64,000 nucleotides of DNA from Bacteroidota bacterium (GTDB lineage Bacteria > Bacteroidota > Bacteroidia > Bacteroidales > VadinHA17), in NCBI GenBank assembly GCA_030618105.1, contig JAUXED010000002.1, positions 15 through 64,014 of the forward strand, given 5' to 3'. The notes beneath the pieces are model-generated. The model made no database searches and had not been told where the DNA came from. It saw nothing but the letters and a program-made list of their open reading frames with translations. A program made the position numbers and the translations under genes. Positions 17,556-24,635 of the stretch are shown in pieces (positions within the stretch are counted from its first letter, which is position 1; each line of letters begins with the position of its first letter).

Positions 17556-18710
17556 TTAATCAAAAAAGCCCCTCATTTTTTCAAAAAAGTTTTTGTCAGA
17601 ACTGGTAGGTTTTGGAGTAAAATTTTCCGACTCATTTAATTTAGTCAGGGCTCGCTTTTCTTCATTGGTAAGGGTTTTTGGGATCCAAACGCTTATAGTA
17701 ACAAGCAGGTCTCCTTTACCATAACCATTAACATCAGGGATTCCTTTACCTCTAAGTCTGAGTATTTTACCTGGTTGAGTTCCCGGGTCTATCTTAACTT
17801 TCACTTTACCCTCAATAGTTGGTATTTCAATCTGAGTTCCAAGAGCAGCTTCTGCAATACTCAGGTAGAGGGAATACATAAGGTCATTACCATCGCGAAT
17901 CAGGTCAGGGTGTTTTTCTTCATCAATAATTACGATCAGGTCGCCATTTATTCCGCCTCTTCTGGCTGAATTTCCTTTTCCTGAAACAGTCATCTGCATT
18001 CCTTTACCTACTCCGGCCGGGATGTTGATCTTGATCACTTCATTATCCCTGATAACTCCTTCACCCTGACATTCAGGACATTTTTCAGAGATAGTTTTTC
18101 CCTGTCCGTTACAGGATGGGCATGTGCTGGAGGTTTGTACCTGTCCAAGGAAAGTATTGGATATCCTGGTAACCTGACCGGCACCGCGACATGTTGAACA
18201 TGTATGATAAGCAGTTCCGTTTGCAGCACCTGTGCCATTACATTGTTTACATGAGATATATTTATTGACTTTTATCTTTTTTTCAACTCCATTGGCAATG
18301 TCTTTCAATGAAAGCTTTACCTTAACCCTGAGATTTGATCCTTTTATTGTTCTTTGTGCAGTACGGCTGTTGCCAAAACCACTAAAGCCTCCAAAACCGC
18401 CGAATCCTCCACCAAAAATATCACCAAACTGGGAAAAAATGTCTTCAACGGTCATTCCCCCTCCGGAAAAACCACTGCCTGCACCGCTTACACCGGCATG
18501 TCCAAAACGATCATACCGGGATTTTTTCTGGTCATCCCTGAGTACTTCATATGCTTCTGCTGCCTCTTTAAATTTTTCTTCAGCACCGCTATCTCCCGGG
18601 TTTTTATCAGGATGGAATTTCAGGGCCTGCTTCCTGTAAGCTTTCTTAACTTCATCTTTAGAAGCATCTTTTGAGACACCCAAAACATCGTAATAATCTC
18701 TTTTGCCCAT
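17556..18710 (-). CDS. dnaJ: Chaperone DnaJ
   Basis: J domain with HPD ([10 protein letters not shown]), a Gly/Phe-rich linker and four CxxCxGxG zinc motifs. Confidence 0.97.
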   Translation of the reverse strand: MGKRDYYDVLGVSKDASKDEVKKAYRKQALKFHPDKNPGDSGAEEKFKEAAEAYEVLRDDQKKSRYDRFGHAGVSGAGSGFSGGGMTVEDIFSQFGDIFGGGFGGFGGFSGFGNSRTAQRTIKGSNLRVKVKLSLKDIANGVEKKIKVNKYISCKQCNGTGAANGTAYHTCSTCRGAGQVTRISNTFLGQVQTSSTCPSCNGQGKTISEKCPECQGEGVIRDNEVIKINIPAGVGKGMQMTVSGKGNSARRGGINGDLIVIIDEEKHPDLIRDGNDLMYSLYLSIAEAALGTQIEIPTIEGKVKVKIDPGTQPGKILRLRGKGIPDVNGYGKGDLLVTISVWIPKTLTNEEKRALTKLNESENFTPKPTSSDKNFFEKMRGFFD

Positions 18711-18737
18711 AAAATATTCTTAATCAATCTTAAAAAT

Positions 18738-18756
18738 CCACCTTCTTTTATGGTGG
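18738..18756. other. CCACC-N9-GGTGG hairpin H1
   Basis: CCACC (18738-18742) pairs with GGTGG (18752-18756) around the loop TTCTTTTAT. T/A runs lie on both sides. Sits 27 nt upstream of the dnaJ ATG. Confidence 0.6.
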
Positions 18757-18771
18757 TTATTTTTTTTAAAC

Positions 18772-18877
18772 ATGATATAAATTATTGGAATATTGGAATG
18801 TTGGAATATTGGAATGTTTTTAAAAGTCATCCATTTTCTTCCCATCATTCCATTTTTCCATTTTTCCATCATTCCTT
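18772..18877 (-). repeat. Two-arm GGAAT-octamer element (C-free arm + G-free arm) between grpE and dnaJ
   Basis: GGAATATTGGAATGTTGGAATATTGGAATG (18787-18816) and ATCATTCCATTTTTCCATTTTTCCATCATTCC (18844-18875). The plus strand is C-free over 18772-18827 and G-free over 18827-18877. Confidence 0.9.
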
Positions 18878-18917
18878 GATCATATTAATAAAGCGCCCAA
18901 TGGGTTGCAATTCAAAG

Positions 18918-18936
18918 CCACCTTCTTAGAGGGTGG
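18918..18936. other. CCACC-N9-GGTGG hairpin H2
   Basis: CCACC (18918-18922) pairs with GGTGG (18932-18936) around the loop TTCTTAGAG. Shares the 10-mer CCACCTTCTT with H1. Sits 21 nt downstream of the grpE stop. Confidence 0.6.
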
Positions 18937-18956
18937 ATACTTACTGCATGTATTAT

Positions 18957-19574
18957 CTAGTCGCCAATTATCACTTTCGGGTACCTGATAATTTTTTCGT
19001 TAAGAAAATATCCTTTTTGGATCACATCGAGGACTTTTCCTTTAAGTTTTTTCTCAGGGGCCGGAATTTTAGTTACAGCTTCATGTATATCTATGTCAAA
19101 TTTCTTATGCATGGCATCAATTTCCTTGATACCGGAAGATTTTAAGAATTCACCGAACTTATTGTAAATAAGATCGATACCGTCCTTTATTTCCTTACAT
19201 CCTTTTGTGTCTTCCATAGATTTAAGTGCCCTGTCAAAATCATCCATTACCGGCAGAAGGTTTAATAAAATTTCTGCATTAGCTGATTTGATTAATTCAA
19301 TTCTTTCTTTTAAGGTACGTTTCCTGTAATTATCAAAATCGGCTGACAATCTGATATATTTATTCTGAAACTCTGCAATTTTTTCTTCAGCAGCAGTTTC
19401 CCTGGTTTTACCGGTTTTTTTAGTTTGCTCTACTGCCTTTTTAGATTGTTTCGAACTTGCTTTCTTTACCCTGGTTTTCTTTTCAGTCTCCTTTATCTTT
19501 GTATAGTCCTGCTTTCCCTTTTTATTAATGACCACATTTTTATCTTCCATTGTTGGGTTTGATTTATCTGTCAT
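18957..19574 (-). CDS. grpE: Nucleotide exchange factor GrpE
   Basis: Charged N-terminal tail, then a GrpE core (YIRLSADFDNYRKRT ... IRYPKVIIG). Confidence 0.95.
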   Translation of the reverse strand: MTDKSNPTMEDKNVVINKKGKQDYTKIKETEKKTRVKKASSKQSKKAVEQTKKTGKTRETAAEEKIAEFQNKYIRLSADFDNYRKRTLKERIELIKSANAEILLNLLPVMDDFDRALKSMEDTKGCKEIKDGIDLIYNKFGEFLKSSGIKEIDAMHKKFDIDIHEAVTKIPAPEKKLKGKVLDVIQKGYFLNEKIIRYPKVIIGD

Positions 19575-19633
19575 TTCTTATTCGTTTTTACATTGGTTGC
19601 CAATAAAATCCACCGGCTTAGATACAAAACACC

Positions 19634-19663
19634 TGCCAATTTATTCTTTACGCCAAATTGGCA
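19634..19663. promoter_or_regulatory. 9-bp perfect inverted repeat upstream of grpE
   Basis: TGCCAATTT (19634-19642) and AAATTGGCA (19655-19663), with a 12-nt spacer. Lies 60-90 bp upstream of the grpE start. Confidence 0.35.
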
Positions 19664-19670
19664 TGTATGA

Positions 19671-19760
19671 AGAAATGATAGAATGACAGAATGAAGAAAT
19701 GATAGAATGATAAAATGATAAAATGATAAAATGATAGAATGAAGAATGAAGAATGATGAT
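19671..19760. repeat. AATGA-phased octamer array
   Basis: The AATGA core recurs at 19674, 82, 90, 98, 19706, 14, 22, 30 and 38 (strict 8-nt spacing), then at 19745 and 19752. Only 2 C occur in 19663-19791. Confidence 0.9.
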
Positions 19761-19951
19761 TGAACAAGGTAAAGGATGAAAAAAGATTTTGCGAGGAGTG
19801 AAACGACGAAGCAATCTTCCATGGACAACTGCAATTTTTAATAGACATTGATATTACAAGCCTTACGAAAAGCCATAACAGATTACTTCGCCACCTATCG
19901 GCGGCTCGTAAGATCCCTTTTTTCTAAAAAATGTGATTATGCCTGATACTT

Positions 19952-21256
19952 TTATATCCGTTTTATCTTTGCACCGATCTTTCCAAGGCGTATATCAATT
20001 TCCTGGTATCCACGGTCGATTTGTTCGATATTGTGGATTATACTGGTGCCTTCAGCCGAAAGAGCTGCAATGAGCAAAGCAACTCCGGCGCGGATATCAG
20101 GAGATGACATGGTTGTTCCACGAAGTTTAAACTGGCGATTAAGACCAATAACTGTTGCCCTGTGAGGATCGCATAGTATAATCCGGGCGCCCATATCAAT
20201 TAATTTATCAACGAAAAACAATCTGCTTTCAAACATTTTCTGGTGGATAAGTACACTTCCTTTAGCCTGAATAGCTACAACGAGCAAAATGCTGAGGAGA
20301 TCAGGTGTAAGTCCCGGCCAGATACCATCGGAAATGGTCATGATAGAGCCGTCAATGAATGTCTCAATTTCATAATGGTATTGTTCGGGAATATATATGT
20401 CATCATTCTGTTTTTCAAGTTTTATTCCAAGTCGCTTGAAAGAATCAGGTATGATACCCAGGTTTTCGTATGAAACATTTTTTATTGTTATCCCGGAACC
20501 GGCTATAGCTGCCAGACCAATAAAGCTTCCTACCTCAATCATATCCGGCAGGATTGTATGATCGCATCCGCCGAGTTCCTTGACACCGTTTATCTTTAAC
20601 AGATTTGATCCTACCCCGGTAATCTGTGCTCCCATCTTGATTAGCATCCGGCAAAGTTGTTGAATATATGGCTCACATGCAGCGTTGTAAATTGTTGTTT
20701 CGCCGGGGGTGATAACTGAAGCCATTAGTAAGTTTGCAGTTCCTGTAACAGATGCCTCGTCCAGGTGCAAATAGACTCCCTTCATCGATTCTGATTCAAC
20801 TTTATAAAAGCCATTATCCTGATCATAGATGAATCTGGCACCCAATTTTTCAAAACCAATAAAATGTGTATCAAGTCGTCTTCTTCCGATCTTATCCCCG
20901 CCTGGCTTAGGAATATATCCCTTACCATACCTTGCCAGAAGCGGACCAATGATCATAATTGAGCCTCTTAAACTTGCACTTTTTTCTTTAAACTCCGGGG
21001 AATGGAGGAGGTCAATTTCGATATTTGAACTGTGGAAGGTATATGTTGATTTATTTTCTTTTTGAATTGAAACACCAAGAAATTCAAGAAGTTCTAATAG
21101 CCTGGTAACATCCCTGATATCGGGAATATTCCGGATAGTAATTTTTTCAGGGGTTAGAAGAGTGGCGCATATAACCTGAAGAGCTTCATTTTTTGCACCC
21201 TGCGGAACGAGTTCCCCTTTTAACTTTTCCCCTCCCTTTATTTCAAAGGTGCTCAT
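19952..21256 (-). CDS. murA: UDP-N-acetylglucosamine 1-carboxyvinyltransferase, Asp-type active site
   Basis: Full-length MurA similarity (GAKNEALQV, PGGDKIGRRRLDTH). The residue at the fosfomycin-target Cys position is Asp (D121, codon 20894-20896). Confidence 0.96.
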   Translation of the reverse strand: MSTFEIKGGEKLKGELVPQGAKNEALQVICATLLTPEKITIRNIPDIRDVTRLLELLEFLGVSIQKENKSTYTFHSSNIEIDLLHSPEFKEKSASLRGSIMIIGPLLARYGKGYIPKPGGDKIGRRRLDTHFIGFEKLGARFIYDQDNGFYKVESESMKGVYLHLDEASVTGTANLLMASVITPGETTIYNAACEPYIQQLCRMLIKMGAQITGVGSNLLKINGVKELGGCDHTILPDMIEVGSFIGLAAIAGSGITIKNVSYENLGIIPDSFKRLGIKLEKQNDDIYIPEQYHYEIETFIDGSIMTISDGIWPGLTPDLLSILLVVAIQAKGSVLIHQKMFESRLFFVDKLIDMGARIILCDPHRATVIGLNRQFKLRGTTMSSPDIRAGVALLIAALSAEGTSIIHNIEQIDRGYQEIDIRLGKIGAKIKRI

Positions 21257-21288
21257 TCAGCCTATATTGATTTTTTTAAAATAGTTTT

Positions 21289-21885
21289 TTACTTTTTTCT
21301 GTATTTCTTTTTCCGGGGCTTAGATAATAATTCTTTACTATTGGTTAGTTGAAAATCATCCGGCACCTTAAGCTTTCCATGAGACATTTCTTCCAAATCT
21401 TTCAGAATAACACTGTCATGTGCCACGTTAAGATTCCATATAAGATAAGATTTCTTCATATGGTTAGCTATCAGAGTAATAAGATATTCTTTTTCTGCCT
21501 GATCTTCAATATTGCAAGCTTTTTCAATTATTAATTCCACAACCCTGCCGTAATGAAGGTATTTTATCCTGTTTTTAATATAAGGTACAGTTTTGGGTTT
21601 GGATAAAAAAGTTTCTTTTTCAGGTGTTGGAAAAGGAGAATCGATATCAAGCGTAAAATCAGACATTAGTGCAAGGTGATCCCATAGTTTATGCTTGAAA
21701 TCGCTAATATCGCGAAGATGAGGATTCATGTTACCCATTACAGAAATGATGGTTTTTGCAGCCTTGTTCCTTTCTGTCCTATCCTCAATGGTTGCTAAAT
21801 GATTAACCATTTTCTGGACATTCCTTCCATATTCCGGTAGAACCAATTTTTTCCTCTGCGTGTTGTAATCAAATGTTTTTTCCAT
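21289..21885 (-). CDS. DUF4290-like conserved protein
   Basis: 198-aa ORF immediately upstream of murA on the same strand. As I recall, this pairing is typical of Bacteroidota. Confidence 0.65.
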   Translation of the reverse strand: MEKTFDYNTQRKKLVLPEYGRNVQKMVNHLATIEDRTERNKAAKTIISVMGNMNPHLRDISDFKHKLWDHLALMSDFTLDIDSPFPTPEKETFLSKPKTVPYIKNRIKYLHYGRVVELIIEKACNIEDQAEKEYLITLIANHMKKSYLIWNLNVAHDSVILKDLEEMSHGKLKVPDDFQLTNSKELLSKPRKKKYRKK

Positions 21886-21908
21886 AACAGCTATATTCTA
21901 ATCTGCGC

Positions 21909-21916
21909 AAATCTAA
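21909..21916 (-). promoter_or_regulatory. Candidate -7 box TAGATTTG for the DUF4290-murA operon
   Basis: The plus strand reads CAAATCTA, 24 nt upstream of the start at 21885. Confidence 0.45.
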
Positions 21917-22010
21917 TTGAATTTCAAATAGAAATCAAAATTAAAAGAGAATAGTTTCAATAAATTGGTTGAAAAATTTCTATTTTCAGGTTTTGCAAAC
22001 AATTAGTTCA

Positions 22011-22112
22011 CAGTTGGCAGTTGGCAAGCAACCAGCATTGACAAAACAGCAACCAGTAACCAGCAACCAGCTTTGTCCACCGTAGTTTCAACGAAGGTGG
22101 ATAACCAGTAAC
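22011..22112. repeat. Heptamer arrays (CAGTTGG, CAACCAG/TAACCAG) plus a TCCACC-N14-GGTGGA hairpin downstream of the helicase gene
   Basis: CAGTTGGCAGTTGGCAAGCAACCAG (22011-22035); CAGCAACCAGTAACCAGCAACCAG (22047-22070); hairpin 22076-22101; TAACCAG again at 22102-22108. Confidence 0.85.
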
Positions 22113-22117
22113 TTAGG

Positions 22118-24430
22118 TTATTTATTAACAATTTTCAGTTTAGCAAATTTTAGAAGCAGCCGTTTCTTTCCATGATTTTGAAAAGAAACAGTTGCTTTGG
22201 TATCGGGATAAACTCCTTCGAGGGAGAGTACTTCACCAATACCGAAATTGTTATGTTCAACAACCATTCCGGGCTGGATATTCACAGGGTCATCCGCTTT
22301 CAGGTTGTAAAAATTGCTTTTTGACAGCTTTACTTTCCCTGGCGGGGCCCAGTTCAATACTGATTTTTTTAATGAAGTATTTCTTAAATAGTGTTTTTTA
22401 TAACCTTCTTGTGAATAGGTGGATCTATGCCTTGTAAAACCGTTTGATCCTGTTTTATTATTGATATTGATCCAGTCAAGGTATTTATCATCTATTTCTC
22501 TTATGAATCTGCTTGGTCTGGGATTTTCAAGTGTTCCATATCGATATCTTGTAGCAGCAAAGCACAGGTATACCTGTTTTTCGGCACGGGTAACAGCAAC
22601 ATAAAACAGGCGGCGTTCTTCCTCAAGATCCTTAGGATCATCAACTGACATGTAGGAAGGGAACAGGTTTTCTTCAAGTCCGGCAACATAAATATATTCA
22701 AATTCCAGTCCTTTGGCAGAATGAACAGTCATCAGTGTAACCTTTTCTTTATCTTCCTTTGTTTCAGTGTCCTGGTCAGTAAGCAGGGATACATTCTGCA
22801 GATATTCTGCCAGTCCGGGAATTTCATTTTCTTCACTTGTATTGGCTGAAGTGAATTCCCTGATCCCGTTCAGCAATTCCTGAACATTATCGTATTTAGA
22901 CATGATCTCGGGTGAATCGGGATCATGAAGATCTTTCAATATCCCGGTTTTTAATGCAACTTCTTTTGCCAGATCATAGGCATCATTTTTCTTCAGAAGG
23001 GATGTAAAGTGATCAATTTGCCCGGCAAATGAGCTAATTCTTTTTTGTATCCCCTTGTTAATTCCAATTTTGTATTTATCCGGGGTAGTAATAACCTCCC
23101 AGGTTGCTACATTATTATCCACTGAGCATTTTAGTATCTTATCCAATGAAGTTTTTCCGATACCCCGGGCAGGGTAATTTATGATCCTTTTTAAAGCTTC
23201 TTCATCATTATGATTAACCATCAGTCTGAAATAGGCAAGGAGATCTTTAATTTCCTTTCGCTGATAAAATGATAATCCTCCATATACTTTGTAAGGTATA
23301 TTTCGTTTTCTGAATGCTTCTTCAAGGATCCTTGACTGGGCATTTGTACGGTAAAGGACGGCATATTTACTGTACCTGTTTTTTTCTCTCAGAGCATTAT
23401 CAAAGACCGAATTAGAAATAATAAATCCCTCCTCTGTATCTGTTGTTGCTGCAATGACTTGTATTTTTTCTCCTGTTTCCTTCCTGGAATAAACTTTTTT
23501 AGGAATGCGACCCTCATTTTTTGCAATAACACTATTAGCAGCATTTACAATATTTTGAGTACTGCGATAATTTCTTTCCAATTTGTATAAACTGTATCCG
23601 GGATAATTATTCCGGAAGTTCAGTATATTCTCGATTTTTGCTCCTCTGAAGGAGTAGATGCTCTGGGCATCATCACCAACCACACAAACATTATTATGAA
23701 CTTCAGCGAGCCGGTTAATGATTTTGTACTGAACATAATTGGTGTCCTGGTATTCGTCAACAAGGATATAACGGAACTGATCCCGGTATTCCTTCAATAT
23801 TTTTGGAAAGTTGCGAAACAGGATCTCGGTATTAACCAGGAGATCGTCAAAATCCATTGCGCCGGCTTTGAAACATCTGGCTGCATAGATTCTGAATATC
23901 TCTGCAATCATTGGTTTTCTGGCACGTTCGTCACGACTTAACAGATCCGGATCATTTCTGTATTTTTGTGGGGTTATAAGGTTGTTTTTTGCACGTGAAA
24001 TTTTACCGAATACCTCTGCAAATTTATAAACTTTGTCATCCAGATCAAGCTCTTTGATTATTGACCTGACAAGTGTTTTCGAGTCGTTCGTATCGTAAAT
24101 TGTATATTCTGCCGGATATCCGAGATGTTTTCCTTCTTTTCGTAGTATTCTTGCAAAGATAGAGTGGAAGGTTCCCATCCAGAGGTATTTAGCTGTATCC
24201 ATACCAACAATAGCAGTAATCCTCTCTTTCATTTCCCTTGCTGCTTTGTTGGTAAATGTGAGTGCAAGAATGTTGGGGGCAGGAATTCCCTGTTTTAGCA
24301 GATGGGCAATTCTGTAGGTAAGCACCCGGGTTTTCCCTGCACCTGCTCCGGCGATTATAAGGGCTGGTCCTTCATAATTAATAACCGCTTTAACCTGTGC
24401 TTCATTAAGTTCTTTCAGATACTCTTCCAT
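22118..24430 (-). CDS. uvrD: ATP-dependent DNA helicase, UvrD/PcrA/Rep family
   Basis: Walker A AGAGAGKTRVLT, motif II LVDEYQDTN, and later SF1 motifs (VHSAKGLEF, YVAVTRA). Confidence 0.93.
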   Translation of the reverse strand: MEEYLKELNEAQVKAVINYEGPALIIAGAGAGKTRVLTYRIAHLLKQGIPAPNILALTFTNKAAREMKERITAIVGMDTAKYLWMGTFHSIFARILRKEGKHLGYPAEYTIYDTNDSKTLVRSIIKELDLDDKVYKFAEVFGKISRAKNNLITPQKYRNDPDLLSRDERARKPMIAEIFRIYAARCFKAGAMDFDDLLVNTEILFRNFPKILKEYRDQFRYILVDEYQDTNYVQYKIINRLAEVHNNVCVVGDDAQSIYSFRGAKIENILNFRNNYPGYSLYKLERNYRSTQNIVNAANSVIAKNEGRIPKKVYSRKETGEKIQVIAATTDTEEGFIISNSVFDNALREKNRYSKYAVLYRTNAQSRILEEAFRKRNIPYKVYGGLSFYQRKEIKDLLAYFRLMVNHNDEEALKRIINYPARGIGKTSLDKILKCSVDNNVATWEVITTPDKYKIGINKGIQKRISSFAGQIDHFTSLLKKNDAYDLAKEVALKTGILKDLHDPDSPEIMSKYDNVQELLNGIREFTSANTSEENEIPGLAEYLQNVSLLTDQDTETKEDKEKVTLMTVHSAKGLEFEYIYVAGLEENLFPSYMSVDDPKDLEEERRLFYVAVTRAEKQVYLCFAATRYRYGTLENPRPSRFIREIDDKYLDWININNKTGSNGFTRHRSTYSQEGYKKHYLRNTSLKKSVLNWAPPGKVKLSKSNFYNLKADDPVNIQPGMVVEHNNFGIGEVLSLEGVYPDTKATVSFQNHGKKRLLLKFAKLKIVNK

Positions 24431-24461
24431 TTGATATGTTTACCCGGTTTATAAGTCGCAC

Positions 24462-24469
24462 CAAAATTA
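24462..24469 (-). promoter_or_regulatory. Candidate -7 box TAATTTTG for the helicase gene
   Basis: The plus strand reads CAAAATTA, 32 nt upstream of the start at 24430. Confidence 0.45.
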
Positions 24470-24635
24470 ATATATGTTGGATAATAACAATATGCGCGAG
24501 AGAAGATATTTAATGAAAGTTGTTAACAAATTCCGATCTGTGTTTTTCGAAACAAAATGCTTAATATTGCAAATAGTTGATCATTTTATATTGTACAACA
24601 AAATAATTTCAGCCCGGGTGGGTTATTAATTAAAC

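Noticed and set aside
19791-19816. The motif GCGAGGAGTGAAACGACGAAGCAATC, which reminded me of a widely dispersed intergenic word seen as spurious peptides (…DCF..SLLA…) in several phyla.
   Set aside because: This is recollection only. There is a single copy in this window, no clear secondary structure, and nothing I can verify without a database search.
19571-19848. ORFs of 87 and 66 aa on the minus strand (…FFILSFYHFIILSFLHS…).
   Set aside because: These are translations of the AATGA octamer array. The periodic peptide merely mirrors the DNA repeat, and no plausible start context exists.
13853-22120. A search for sigma-54 (-24/-12, TGGCAC-N5-TTGC) promoters near the sigma-54 activator and the neighbouring operons. 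Examples examined: TGGCAT at 19659 and TGGCAGTTGGCAAGC at 22015.
   Set aside because: None has a GG and a GC element at the correct 10-nt spacing with a TTGC-like -12 box, so no call was made.
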